In this document: positions 17,653 to 26,806 of the stretch, piece after piece
Layout of the letters: each line of letters starts with the position of its first letter
How positions within the stretch are numbered: position 1 is the first letter of the stretch
Source: Klebsiella pneumoniae
GTDB taxonomy: Bacteria > Myxococcota_A > UBA796 > SXON01
Length of the DNA: 64,000 nt
Assembly (NCBI GenBank): GCA_945862325.1
Contig: CAMAXZ010000018.1
Span: forward strand, 15,131 to 79,130
Direction of reading: 5' to 3'
Program-made: the position numbers and the translations under genes
Notes under the pieces: generated by a model
Databases searched by the model: none
What the model saw: the letters and a program-made list of their open reading frames with translations, nothing else
Told to the model about the DNA's origin: nothing

Positions 17653-17663
17653 GGTTCCTCCGG

Positions 17664-18716
17664 ATGCCCGCGCTAACGCGTGCGGTGGCCGCCGGCACCC
17701 CGCCGCACCGCCGCGACCGCGGCGGCCGGCGCCCGGCTTCCTCGTTAGACGCGCACGTGCCTCCGCCCCCCTTCCCCGCGCTGCTCGACGCCGCGTTGCA
17801 CGGCGACCGCGGCGCGCTCGCGCGGGCGGTCACCCGCGTGGAAGCCGACGCCCCCGGGGCCGCGGACGAGCTCGCGCGTCGCGGGGTCCGTCGACGCACC
17901 GGGCCGGGCGCGCCGCACGTCGTCGGGCTGACCGGCCCGCCGGGCGCCGGAAAGAGCACCTTCACGGATCAACTCGTCGCGCGGGCGCGGGCCGACGGCG
18001 AGCGTGTCGCGGTCATCGCGGTCGACCCGTCCTCGCCGCGCAGCGGCGGCGCCATCCTCGGCGACCGCATCCGGATGGAGCGCCACACCGAAGACCCGAA
18101 CGTGTACCTCCGCTCGCTCGCGTCGCGCGGGCACCTCGGCGGGCTCGGCAGGGCGACGGGCGCGGTGGTGGACCTGCTCGACGTCGTCGGCTTCGACCGG
18201 ATCCTCGTGGAGACCGTCGGCGTCGGTCAGGGAGAGCTCGCGGTGCTCGAGGTCGCCGACACCGTCGTCGTCGTGCTCACCCCGGAGAGCGGCGACACCG
18301 TGCAGACGATGAAGGCCGGCCTGCTGGAGATCGCCGACGTGTTCGTCGTCAACAAGGCCGACCGGCCCGGCGCGGACCTCCTGCGGCGTGAGCTCGAGCT
18401 GAGCGTCGAGCTCGATCGCCGCGAGGGGCTCGCGCTCGGCGCGTCACGATGGTCGGCCCCGGTGCACCTCGCGGTGGCGACGGCGGGCCAAGGGGTCGAC
18501 GAGGTGTTTCGGACGGTCGCCGGGCACCTCGCGTGGTGCCGGGCCGACGGCGCCACGGACTGGGCGCGGCGACGCGCGGAAGGTCGTGTCGCGGAGTGGC
18601 TCGACCGCGTGGCCGAGCGGGCGCGTGCGGACGCCCTCGCCGCGGGGCGCGCCGATGGAACCCTCGAGCGCCTGCGGGCGGGTCTCGTCCGGCCCGACGA
18701 GCTGGTCTCCCGTTGA
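17664..18716 (+). CDS. meaB: Methylmalonyl-CoA mutase-associated G-protein chaperone (MeaB/ArgK)
   Basis: VVGLTGPPGAGKST...AVIAVDPSSP.SGGAILGDR.RM...ETVGVGQ.E...VVNKAD. The start could be GTG 17757. Confidence 0.88.
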   Translation: MPALTRAVAAGTPPHRRDRGGRRPASSLDAHVPPPPFPALLDAALHGDRGALARAVTRVEADAPGAADELARRGVRRRTGPGAPHVVGLTGPPGAGKSTFTDQLVARARADGERVAVIAVDPSSPRSGGAILGDRIRMERHTEDPNVYLRSLASRGHLGGLGRATGAVVDLLDVVGFDRILVETVGVGQGELAVLEVADTVVVVLTPESGDTVQTMKAGLLEIADVFVVNKADRPGADLLRRELELSVELDRREGLALGASRWSAPVHLAVATAGQGVDEVFRTVAGHLAWCRADGATDWARRRAEGRVAEWLDRVAERARADALAAGRADGTLERLRAGLVRPDELVSR

Positions 18717-19471
18717 CGACGTTTCGCGAGTGGGCGTCGACCCTGCCGCCGGGCGCGGGCCGCGTCCGCGTCACGCCGGGCGACATCGCAGAGATCATCC
18801 TCGATGATCCGCGCACGCGGAACGCCCTGTCGCCCCGGATGATGGTGGAGCTCGCCGACGCGGTGGACGCGGTCGCGGCGGCGCGGGTGGTGCTGCTCCG
18901 CGGCGACCACGGCACGTTCTGCTCCGGCGGCAACCTCGCCGACGTGCGCGCGCACCTCGCGCGACCCGGGGTCGGCCGACAGATGGGCACCTTCATGCAG
19001 GCCACCTTGCACCGCCTCGCGACGTCGGACGCCGTCGTGGTCGGGGTGCTCGACGGCGCGGCGATGGGCGGCGGCGCGGAGCTGCTCGCGGCCTGCGACC
19101 GGGTGTTCGCCGCCCCGAGCGCCCGCGTCGGCTGGGTCCAGGCCCGCCTCGCGGTCTCCCCCGGCTTCGGCGGCGGCGCCCGGCTCGTGGCCCGCGTCGG
19201 CGCCGCGCGGGCGCTCGAGCACCTGCTCGGTGGGCCCGTGCCGGCGTCCGAAGCGGGCGCGTTGGTCGACGCCCTGAGCGTCGATCCCCTCGCCGCGGCG
19301 CGCGCGTGGGCGGAGGAGGTCGCGCGGCTGGATCCGGCAGCCGCCCGCGGAGCCGTCCGGATCGTCCGCGCCGCGCGCGCGATCGACCCGCGGGTCGCCG
19401 AAGTGGAGCTCGAGGTCTTCGACGCGCTGTGGGGGGCCCCCGCGCACCTCGCCGCCCTCGATCGGCGGTGA
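18713..19471 (+). CDS. Enoyl-CoA hydratase/isomerase (crotonase) family protein
   Basis: TTG 18713 overlaps the meaB stop (TTGA). LDDPRTRNAL...FCSGGNL...GAAMGGGAELLAACD motifs. Confidence 0.8.
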   Translation: MTTFREWASTLPPGAGRVRVTPGDIAEIILDDPRTRNALSPRMMVELADAVDAVAAARVVLLRGDHGTFCSGGNLADVRAHLARPGVGRQMGTFMQATLHRLATSDAVVVGVLDGAAMGGGAELLAACDRVFAAPSARVGWVQARLAVSPGFGGGARLVARVGAARALEHLLGGPVPASEAGALVDALSVDPLAAARAWAEEVARLDPAAARGAVRIVRAARAIDPRVAEVELEVFDALWGAPAHLAALDRR

Positions 19472-20013
19472 ACCTGATCCTTCGCGGGTGTGTGCTCGCC
19501 GTGCTCCTCGGCGCGCGCTGCGGCGCCCGGACCCCTCCGCCGCCGCCACCGCCCGAGCCACCGCCCCCGGCCCCGCCGACGCCGGCGTCCGGCACGATCG
19601 ACGCCGGTACCTACCGGGACGCGACCTTCCCCCTCACCGCCGCCGTGCCGGCCGAGTGGACCGCGGCGCCCGGCCGAGCGGGCAGCGCGCTTCGCGTGTC
19701 GCTGACCCACGCGCCCACCGCCGCGCACATCGAGGTGCGAGCCCTGGTCGGGGAGCCCGCCGCGCCGGCGCCGCGCTCGGACTGCGACTGGCGCTTCGTG
19801 GACACGGCCAACTACCGGAGCGGTCCGGAGATCCCCGGGCCGCGCACCGTCGCCTCCTGCGTGCCGCGCGAGGGCGCCTCTCCGCGCGGCCAGGGCTGGT
19901 ACGTCGCGCGTGACGGCGTCGCGTGGCAGGTCGAAGCGTGGGTACCGCCGGGCGTCGCCTCCGAGGCCCTGCCCGCGGTCGACGCCGCCCTCCGCGGGAT
20001 CGTCGTCCGTTGA
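19468..20013 (+). CDS. Putative lipoprotein with Pro-rich linker
   Basis: GTG 19468 overlaps the upstream stop (GTGA). N-terminus VNLILRGCVLAVLLGARCG is followed by a PPPPPPPEPPPPAPP linker. Confidence 0.5.
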   Translation: MNLILRGCVLAVLLGARCGARTPPPPPPPEPPPPAPPTPASGTIDAGTYRDATFPLTAAVPAEWTAAPGRAGSALRVSLTHAPTAAHIEVRALVGEPAAPAPRSDCDWRFVDTANYRSGPEIPGPRTVASCVPREGASPRGQGWYVARDGVAWQVEAWVPPGVASEALPAVDAALRGIVVR

Positions 20014-20018
20014 GCGCC

Positions 20019-21689
20019 TCAGCGACGCCGGCGCATCAGGACCAGGGCGGCGACGCCCCAGAACAGCGGGCCCGGCACGGCCGTCCCGCCGACGGTGCAG
20101 CCCCCCGAGCAGCCGCCGTCCTCGCTCGAACAGCCGGACCCCTCGTAGGCGACCGGGCCGAGCCAGGCGTAGAGGCCCAGCCAGTCGCCCGAAGGCGCAA
20201 CTTGAAGGTCGGTCACGCCGATGCCGGAGAACCCGGGCAGCGGGAAGGTCAGCCCTTCGAGCAGCCCGCCGACGACCGTGTCGATCACGCTCTGGACGCC
20301 ACCCGAGAACGCGGCCTCGATCGTCGCGTTCTCGTCCGGTGCGAACTCGTTGCCCTCGGCGGTCGGCGTGAACGCGGAGGCGTCCAGGTCGATCTCGACG
20401 CCGAGCTCGCCGGTCGTCGCGTCGAACGCCAGGTCGGCCCCGGCGGCGCCGGTCAGGGCGATCGTGACGATGCGGGCCTGGCGGCCGTCGAGCTCCGCGA
20501 AGAACTGGACCCCCAGGTCTTCGAGGGCGAGGTCCACGGAGTGCTCGCCGTCGAAGATGGCGGTCGGCGCGACCTTCGGCACCGTGCGCAGCATGACGGG
20601 CTGACTCTCGGGGAACAGGTCCGCGAACACGTCGCCGGTGAGGGCGTTGAAGATGCCCGTGTCGAGCGGGATGCTGCCGCCCGGCTCGAGCGTGTAGCAC
20701 AGCAGGCCCGCGCGCCAGAGGGCGTACAGGGCCTGGTTGGCGAAGTCGTCGGAGAGCGCGATGCCGGCGTGGAAGGCGTCGTCGACGCCGCTCGGCGCGA
20801 CGCCGATGCCGGGGGCGTCGGACGTGGTCTTCTCCGACCCGCCGGGGTCGTACGCGCTGATGCACACCGCGGCGGCGTCGGCGCTCATGCCGCCGCTCAT
20901 GGTCAGGCGCACCCCGGCCGGCGTGATGCCGACCGCCGACGGGTACAGGTCGAGGTGCGCCGTGGCGCCGCCGAGCGCGATGTCCTGGGAGATCGTGGCC
21001 GACGCGAAGGCCCCTTCGATCGCCGCTTCGAGCTCCGGCGCGATGTCGGACACCGCCGACTCGAGGACGCCGTCGAGCTGGCCGAGGATCAAGTCGTAGA
21101 TGGAGAGCCCGACGTAGCCGAGGATCTCCTCGATGGTGCCGATGGCGCAGTCGTCGAGGTGGATCGCGTCGGACTCGAGGCTGTAGCTGAGCTCCGGGGT
21201 GCCGATGGTGGCGTCCAGGACCCGCGCGCCCGAGCCATCCGTCGTGACCGCGAGCGCCATGGTGGTCGAGAACGTCACGGTGAACGGCTCGACGTAGCCG
21301 TAGCAGGTGTCGCCGATGCACTCGAGCTCGGTGTACAGGTCGAAGGTGTCGGACGCGTCGTTGACGTACACGAGCAGATCCGCGGTGACGTCGAGCACGC
21401 CGTTGCCCGGCACGATGCGCGCGTCGGCCACCTCGAGCCGCACGGTCAGCCCGGCGACGCTGTACTCGTACCCGCCGAGCCAGCACTGGCCCCACACGCC
21501 GTCGTATCCACCGCTCAGCTCGCCGAGCGGCAGGCTCGACGGCAGCAGCGCCGGGATGAGCTGGGCGACGGACTCGAAGCCCTCGGGCGTGATGTCGATG
21601 ACCGCGGCCTGGTCGATCACCGCGCCGGCCGGAAACGTGTCCGCCGAGGCGGTCGGGAGGGACAGGGCGAGCACGGCGAGCATGGTCAA
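20019..21689 (-). CDS. Acidic secreted protein with MYXO-CTERM sorting signal
   Basis: Signal peptide MTMLAVLALSLPTASA. The C-terminus GCSGGCTVGG-TAVPGPLFWGVAALVLM-RRRR has the Cys-containing motif, TM helix and Arg cluster. Confidence 0.75.
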   Translation of the reverse strand: MTMLAVLALSLPTASADTFPAGAVIDQAAVIDITPEGFESVAQLIPALLPSSLPLGELSGGYDGVWGQCWLGGYEYSVAGLTVRLEVADARIVPGNGVLDVTADLLVYVNDASDTFDLYTELECIGDTCYGYVEPFTVTFSTTMALAVTTDGSGARVLDATIGTPELSYSLESDAIHLDDCAIGTIEEILGYVGLSIYDLILGQLDGVLESAVSDIAPELEAAIEGAFASATISQDIALGGATAHLDLYPSAVGITPAGVRLTMSGGMSADAAAVCISAYDPGGSEKTTSDAPGIGVAPSGVDDAFHAGIALSDDFANQALYALWRAGLLCYTLEPGGSIPLDTGIFNALTGDVFADLFPESQPVMLRTVPKVAPTAIFDGEHSVDLALEDLGVQFFAELDGRQARIVTIALTGAAGADLAFDATTGELGVEIDLDASAFTPTAEGNEFAPDENATIEAAFSGGVQSVIDTVVGGLLEGLTFPLPGFSGIGVTDLQVAPSGDWLGLYAWLGPVAYEGSGCSSEDGGCSGGCTVGGTAVPGPLFWGVAALVLMRRRR

Positions 21690-21713
21690 TGGGCCTCCCG
21701 AGGCGGCCCCACG

Positions 21714-22568
21714 TTACACGCCGGAAAGGTCGGCCGCAACCCGTTCGCCCGGCAGAGCCACCAGGCAGGCGCCGTCCCCGCGCGCCCGCCACTCGCCCGG
21801 CGGAAGGCACACCGTCTCGCCGAAGCCGATGTCTTCCCCGCCTACGTGCAGGGTTCCGCGCACGACGGTGACCGCCTCCCAGGTCCGCGCGCGCCACAGT
21901 CCCTCCACGCGGCGCTCGATCGAGAAGTATCGGGTATCGAGCAGCAATGTTCGACTCTCGTCGAGCGCCCGCGCCGGGACACGAGGGGCCGGGGGGCCGG
22001 GCCGAGCGCTCGCGACCCCGCGGGCGAGGTGCAGCTCGCGCGCGCGCCCCCAGTCGTAGAGGCGGTACGTGACGTCGATGGGCTGTTGCACCTCGTAGAG
22101 CACGACGCCGGCGCCGATCACGTGGACCGTGCCGGCCGGCACGTCGAACACGTCGCCCTCGCGCACACTCCGCCAGTCGAGATCGTCTTCGATCCGCCCG
22201 TCGCGCGCGCGCTCCGCGAGCTCCGTGGCGGTGAGGTCGTGACGGAGCCCCACGGCCACGCGCGCGCCTGGCTCGGCGTGCAGGATGACCCACCCTTCGC
22301 TCTTGCCGTGCGGCAGCCCGTAGCCGCGCGCGGTCGCGTCGTCGGGATGCACTTGCACGGACAGGCGCTCGCGGACGTCGAGCAGCTTGACGAGCAGGGG
22401 CAACGCCGCGACCTCGGCGAAGCGCGCGTCGGCGCCGATCACGACGTTTTCGCCCCAGACTTCCCAGGATTCGCCGATGGTCCCGGCGCCCTTGCCCCAG
22501 GCACGCGCGAGCGTGTCTCCGCCCCACAGCGGACGGACGAGGCGCGGGATCTGGCGGAGGGGACGCAC
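21714..22568 (-). CDS. Type I phosphomannose isomerase-family (cupin) protein
   Basis: RPLWGG...GESWEV...LLVKLLD....LSVQVHPDD...GKSEGW.IL...GDVF.VPAGTVH.IG.G....EVQQ.D.TYRLYDW. GTG 22568 is the proposed start. Confidence 0.75.
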   Translation of the reverse strand: MRPLRQIPRLVRPLWGGDTLARAWGKGAGTIGESWEVWGENVVIGADARFAEVAALPLLVKLLDVRERLSVQVHPDDATARGYGLPHGKSEGWVILHAEPGARVAVGLRHDLTATELAERARDGRIEDDLDWRSVREGDVFDVPAGTVHVIGAGVVLYEVQQPIDVTYRLYDWGRARELHLARGVASARPGPPAPRVPARALDESRTLLLDTRYFSIERRVEGLWRARTWEAVTVVRGTLHVGGEDIGFGETVCLPPGEWRARGDGACLVALPGERVAADLSGV

Positions 22569-22614
22569 GCGAACGCCAGCCTCAGCGTAACGCCGCCGGG
22601 CGCGCGACGGTCCG

Positions 22615-23160
22615 CTACGGCTTCGGAGACAGGCGCTCGGCGGCCCGGTGCTCGCGCCAGCGCCACCCGACGTACGAGGCGAGGCCGGCGAGGGGCGCCA
22701 GCACCGCGCCGATGACGATGGAACCGAGGAAACAGGCCCAGATGATCTCCCCGCCGAGCTGCACCAGGGAGTGCTCCGCGTGCCCGCTGAGCAGCGCGAG
22801 CGAGCGCACCTCGCCGAACAGCAGCCACTCGCCCACGGCGACCTCCGCTGCGAGCACGAACGGGCCGCTGATCGGGTTGAACGCAAGGTTCGACGCCAGG
22901 TACACCACGGCGTAATTCAGGCGGAGCACGCGCGCGGTGGCCACACACGCGACGATGTGCAACGAAAAGATGGGCAGAAGGCCGATGAACACCCCGCTGG
23001 CCACCGCGAAGCCCACCGAGCGCGCGCTGAGGTTCGCCGCGAGGACGTCTCGGATCCAGGTCCGAAGGTACCAAATGCGCCGGGTGAGCCAGCCGTCAGC
23101 CATCGCCGCCCAACTAACCCCCGCGACGCGGCCCCGGTCGGATCCACCGCGCTCCGACAC
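22615..23160 (-). CDS. DUF2062-type membrane protein
   Basis: SARSVGFAVASGVFIGLLPIFSLH...NPISGPF pattern with 3-4 TM helices. The start may be ATG 23103. Confidence 0.6.
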   Translation of the reverse strand: MSERGGSDRGRVAGVSWAAMADGWLTRRIWYLRTWIRDVLAANLSARSVGFAVASGVFIGLLPIFSLHIVACVATARVLRLNYAVVYLASNLAFNPISGPFVLAAEVAVGEWLLFGEVRSLALLSGHAEHSLVQLGGEIIWACFLGSIVIGAVLAPLAGLASYVGWRWREHRAAERLSPKP

Positions 23161-23243
23161 GGGATGACGCGCCGCGGCCGGGCGGCCTGCCCGCGCATGG
23201 CGACCGACCGCCGGCGCGATACCCCGACGCGGCCGGGAGCGAC

Positions 23244-23642
23244 GTGATTTACAGCCACTCCGTCCGCATCTACTACGAGGACACCGACCACTCGGGCCTC
23301 GTCTACCACGCGAACTACCTCAAGTATTTCGAACGCGCCCGCGAGCACCTGTTGGGCCCCGAGCGGCTCGTCGCCCTCTTGCGCGACGAGGGTCTGGGGT
23401 TCGTGGTGTACCGATGCGAGCTGCAGTTCCGTGAAGGCGCGGTGTTCGGCGACGACCTCGAGATCCGCTCGACCGTTCAGCTCGAGAGCCCCTACCGCGC
23501 CGTGTTTCGGCAGGACGTCTGGCGAGCGGGGGCGACGGGGCCGCTGGTGCTCGGCGTCGTGCACATGGTGTGTGTCGACCGCGATCGGCGCCTCGTGCCA
23601 ATCCCGCCCGCCATCCTCGCCACGATCCGCCAGGAGGGGTGA
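23244..23642 (+). CDS. YbgC/4HBT-family acyl-CoA thioesterase
   Basis: GTG start. VRIYYEDTDHSGLVYHANYLKYFERAR hot-dog-fold signature. Confidence 0.85.
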   Translation: MIYSHSVRIYYEDTDHSGLVYHANYLKYFERAREHLLGPERLVALLRDEGLGFVVYRCELQFREGAVFGDDLEIRSTVQLESPYRAVFRQDVWRAGATGPLVLGVVHMVCVDRDRRLVPIPPAILATIRQEG

Positions 23643-23745
23643 GCCCCGCGCGGCGGCGTGGCGGGGGCCGACGGCCCGCCAGCGGCGAACCCGGCCGCTA
23701 GGGAGCAGGCGCCAGGCCGGCGCCCCGGCGAGCGAGGGGTGGAGG

Positions 23746-23820
23746 TGGAGCCGAAAGCGGGAATTGAACCCGCGACCTGCTGATTACGAATCAGCTGCTC
23801 TACCACTGAGCTACTTCGGC
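23746..23820 (-). tRNA. tRNA-Thr (anticodon CGT), CCA encoded
   Basis: Minus strand GCCGAAGTAGCTCAGTGGTAGAGCAGCTGATTCGTAATCAGCAGGTCGCGGGTTCAATTCCCGCTTTCGGCTCCA folds as a cloverleaf. The 7-bp acceptor stem has one GU pair, the anticodon loop is TTCGTAA, and the T-loop is GGTTCAATTCC. Confidence 0.9.
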
Positions 23821-23856
23821 GAAGCCGCCGGCTGCTATCAGGTTGCGCCCCGGGCG

Positions 23857-25092
23857 TCAACGCACCGCGAAGCGTCGGAGGTGTGCGTCTTCCGGACGGT
23901 CGGTGAAACCGGGCTCGATCAACGTGCGGTACACCTCGCGCGGCGCTTCGCCGAGCCGCACGCGCTCGAGCCAGGTGAGCTCCTGCGCGACGTCCACCGG
24001 CGCGAACAGGCCCGTTCGACCGACCGGGGTGATCCCACGCTCGGCCAGGGCGAGCAGATAGCGGCGATAGCGCGAGAGGTGCGGGCCCTCCCACACCGGC
24101 AGCCAGCCGGCGAGGCGAACCGCAGGGCCGGACACGGACACGGACACCCCGCCCGCCGTCACCGCCGCGCCGATCCGCTCGGGCTCGGGCGTCGGCGCGT
24201 ACGACGCAAGGCCGACATGACCGACCAAGGTCGCCTCCCCGGGCCCGCCGGGGAGGACGCCGGGCCGGAGGAGCCGGTACACCGGCACCGACGCGTCGAT
24301 CACGAACGTCTCGAACGGGAGGTCCACCCCGCCTTGGAAGCGGTACTGCACGAGGTCGCGGGCGACCAGCCCGCCCACGTCGGAGGCCACCTCGCGGACG
24401 AACGTCTCGTCGAGCCACGCGCACGCCCGCTGCGGCGGCGCCGCCACCCAGACCCGCCCCTCGAGCCGCCCGTCCGACGTGTCGACCTCGCCACCGCGCA
24501 CGGCGCGGACGTCGGCCCGGACCACACGCACGCCATCGAGCGCCCCCGCGAAGCCGGCGGCCGGGACGGACGCCGGTCCGGCGTCCCCCACGTGGGCCCA
24601 ACGGGCGACGCTCGCCGACACGCGCGTCGGATCGCCGAAGCGCTTGCCGCACCACGCCGAGTGCAGGCGCTCGTACACCGGCTCACCGAACCGCCCCACG
24701 ACCCAGTCCCGGTAGGTCCGAGTCTCTCGTCCGCCACCGATCAGGCGGCGAAGCTCGATGCTTGCCCGCGTACGGGCCCACGCCGTCGTGGCGTCCGCGA
24801 CCTGCGCCGCGCCGAGCGCGGACGCGAGCGCCGACACCGACAGCGGCAGATGGTGAACGCGATGCCCGGTGAGGAGCGCGGCGTCGAGCCCGCCCGCGGG
24901 CACGAATGCGGCGGCCACGACAGCAGGCGCGTCGGCCGGAACGCGGGCGACGCCACGCCCCAGTGGAAAGCCCTGTTCCATCGTCGGCTCCGACTCAGCC
25001 ACCAGCGTGACCTCGGCCCCGCTCGCCGCGAGCCAGGACGCGGCGCGCACCGCGTCGGGCCCGTCTCCCACCACCACCGAACGCTCGCCCAA
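23857..25092 (-). CDS. FAD/NAD(P)-binding oxidoreductase (amine-oxidase/desaturase-like)
   Basis: N-terminal Rossmann motif VVVGDGPDAVRAASWLAASGAEVTLV. 411 aa. No finer assignment is possible. Confidence 0.6.
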   Translation of the reverse strand: MGERSVVVGDGPDAVRAASWLAASGAEVTLVAESEPTMEQGFPLGRGVARVPADAPAVVAAAFVPAGGLDAALLTGHRVHHLPLSVSALASALGAAQVADATTAWARTRASIELRRLIGGGRETRTYRDWVVGRFGEPVYERLHSAWCGKRFGDPTRVSASVARWAHVGDAGPASVPAAGFAGALDGVRVVRADVRAVRGGEVDTSDGRLEGRVWVAAPPQRACAWLDETFVREVASDVGGLVARDLVQYRFQGGVDLPFETFVIDASVPVYRLLRPGVLPGGPGEATLVGHVGLASYAPTPEPERIGAAVTAGGVSVSVSGPAVRLAGWLPVWEGPHLSRYRRYLLALAERGITPVGRTGLFAPVDVAQELTWLERVRLGEAPREVYRTLIEPGFTDRPEDAHLRRFAVR

Positions 25093-25127
25093 AGACGCCT
25101 CCGCGACCCGAGCGGATAACCGGGCGC

Positions 25128-25559
25128 ATGCACGAGCGCGTCTACCGCAACCCGGTCCCCACGGTGGACCTCCTCATCCACCGGAACGGCACCATCGTCC
25201 TCGTCGCGCGCGCGAACGCCCCGTTGGGCTGGGCCCTGCCCGGTGGGTTCGTCGACGAGGGAGAGCGCGTGTCCGCGGCCGCAGTGCGCGAGGCAAAGGA
25301 AGAGACGGGCCTCGACGTCCGCCTCACGGCCCTGATGCACGTCTACTCGGACCCCGCGCGCGACCCGCGGAAGCACACGATGACCGTGGCGTTCGTCGCC
25401 GAGGCCGAGGGGGAGCCCGTGGGTGGCGACGACGCCGCCGAGGCCGGGTGGTTCGCGCTCGACGCGCTCCCCTCACCCATCGTCTTCGACCACGCCCGGA
25501 TCATCGAGGACTTCATCCACTTCCTGCGCACCGGTGACCGCCCCGATCCGTACGTATAG
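25128..25559 (+). CDS. NUDIX hydrolase
   Basis: Nudix box GGFVDEGERVSAAAVREAKEETGL. Confidence 0.88.
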   Translation: MHERVYRNPVPTVDLLIHRNGTIVLVARANAPLGWALPGGFVDEGERVSAAAVREAKEETGLDVRLTALMHVYSDPARDPRKHTMTVAFVAEAEGEPVGGDDAAEAGWFALDALPSPIVFDHARIIEDFIHFLRTGDRPDPYV

Positions 25560-26057
25560 GGCCACCTGCGTGTCCCCGTAGACACGCGTGCGCTCCAGGC
25601 GCCATCCGCCCGGCGGCGCGGGCACCGGCGACCCGGCGCGGGCCTCCGCGACGATCACGCGGAGACACAGGGGCGCGACGCGCGCCACCCAAGGCGCGAC
25701 GTCCTCCTTGAACGGTGGGTCGAGGTAGATGAAGTCGAAGGGGCCCGCTGGCGGCGAGGCCGCGTCGCCCACGCGAAGCATGGCCGGGTGGTCGAGCGCT
25801 TCGAGGTTTCGGCGGATGGCGGCCGCGGCCTTCGGATTCCGTTCGACGATGACCACCGGCGCCGCGCCGCGGGACGCGGCCTCGATGCCGATCAATCCGC
25901 TCCCACCGAACAGATCAAGCACCGACCATCCGCGGAGGTCCTGCCCGACCATGCTGAAGACCGCTTCGCGCACCCTCCCCGCGGTCGGGCGCACGCCCTC
26001 GGGGACCCGCGCCGGCAGCGTCCGGCCGCGGAGCGCGCCGCCCGTCACCCGGATCAC
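25473..26057 (-). CDS. rsmD: 16S rRNA (guanine966-N2)-methyltransferase
   Basis: GTG 26057. IRVTGGALRGR.L......RPT..RVREA.F......L.G..VLDLF.GSG..G.EA.SRGA....VE....A...........DPPF. Confidence 0.8.
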   Translation of the reverse strand: MIRVTGGALRGRTLPARVPEGVRPTAGRVREAVFSMVGQDLRGWSVLDLFGGSGLIGIEAASRGAAPVVIVERNPKAAAAIRRNLEALDHPAMLRVGDAASPPAGPFDFIYLDPPFKEDVAPWVARVAPLCLRVIVAEARAGSPVPAPPGGWRLERTRVYGDTQVALYVRIGAVTGAQEVDEVLDDPGVVEDDG

Positions 26058-26548
26058 GGGCGCGGCGGGAGCGCCATCGGCGCCGGGGCGGGCACGATCG
26101 ACCACGCGCAGACGCCCTCGCGACAGCCACACGCGTCGAGAACGGCGAAACACGGCAGGATTTCGCAGGTCTTCGGCGCGGCGTCGCGATCCGCGCGCGC
26201 CAGGCACGCCTCGCTCGAGCACCCCGCCGCCACACAATCGGCGTCCGTCACGCACTCGCCGCCCCGGTTGGCCCCTTCGACGCGCACCGCGCAGGCCGCG
26301 TACAGGTCGGCGGCACGCAGGAGCCCTGGATCGTGCCCGGGAGCGGCGTTCGTCGCATGCTCCGGCGTGGGGGGCGCGGGCGACGCCACGGGCGTCGGGG
26401 AAGGTGGTGACGCCGACGGGGCAGGGTTCGCCGCGGTGCGCGGGGGCGTCGCACAGGCGAGGTGCAAGAGGAGGAGGACGAGCACGCGCGTGGTCCGGGC
26501 TGGGGGTCGTGCGTCGCGGCGGTCCCGGACGCGGTACGCTCCTGCCAC
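26054..26548 (-). CDS. Cys-rich lipoprotein (10 Cys in the mature C-terminal module)
   Basis: Lipobox LHLAC, a Pro/Ala/Ser linker, then ...AACAV..GECVTDADCVAAGCSSEACL...KTCEILPCFAVLDACGCREGVCAW. The stop overlaps the rsmD GTG (GTGA). Start is ATG 26548 or GTG 26485. Confidence 0.55.
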   Translation of the reverse strand: MAGAYRVRDRRDARPPARTTRVLVLLLLHLACATPPRTAANPAPSASPPSPTPVASPAPPTPEHATNAAPGHDPGLLRAADLYAACAVRVEGANRGGECVTDADCVAAGCSSEACLARADRDAAPKTCEILPCFAVLDACGCREGVCAWSIVPAPAPMALPPRP

Positions 26549-26559
26549 ACGGAGGGCCG

Positions 26560-26751
26560 ATGTTCAAGCTGACGCCGGAGATCGCAGCACAGATCATCGC
26601 CGACGAGGACGCCCTCGCCACGCTGCGCGCGCACACGATCGAGGACGTGCTTCGCAACGTCGACGACCTGGACGCCGTCGAAGACGAAGAAGACGCGTTC
26701 AACGCCTTGATGAGCGCGATGTACGCCCTGCGGCCCCAGGGCTGGACCTGA
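26560..26751 (+). CDS. Small acidic hypothetical protein (63 aa)
   Basis: ATG preceded by GGAGGG. GC3-rich codon usage is consistent with coding. No family recognised. Confidence 0.4.
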   Translation: MFKLTPEIAAQIIADEDALATLRAHTIEDVLRNVDDLDAVEDEEDAFNALMSAMYALRPQGWT

Positions 26752-26806
26752 GGCTTGCAGCAGACGTGAGGCGGGATACGTTGGACAGCCTCTCGAGGCC
26801 CACGCC

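Noticed and set aside
18349-22527. 1392-aa minus-strand ORF, and many similar ORFs of several hundred aa in the track (for example 528-1571, 10586-12295, 13750-15792, 59665-61632).
   Set aside because: Their translations are Arg/Ala/Gly/Pro-rich low-complexity sequence. They run antisense or out of frame to genes with clear family motifs (meaB, crotonase, MYXO-CTERM protein and others). They are the expected stop-codon-poor artefacts of roughly 70% GC DNA.
23650-23860. tRNA-Thr locus as a possible integration site of a genomic island.
   Set aside because: I saw no integrase, no direct repeat of the tRNA 3' end, and no compositional break on either side. The flanking genes are ordinary (thioesterase, oxidoreductase).
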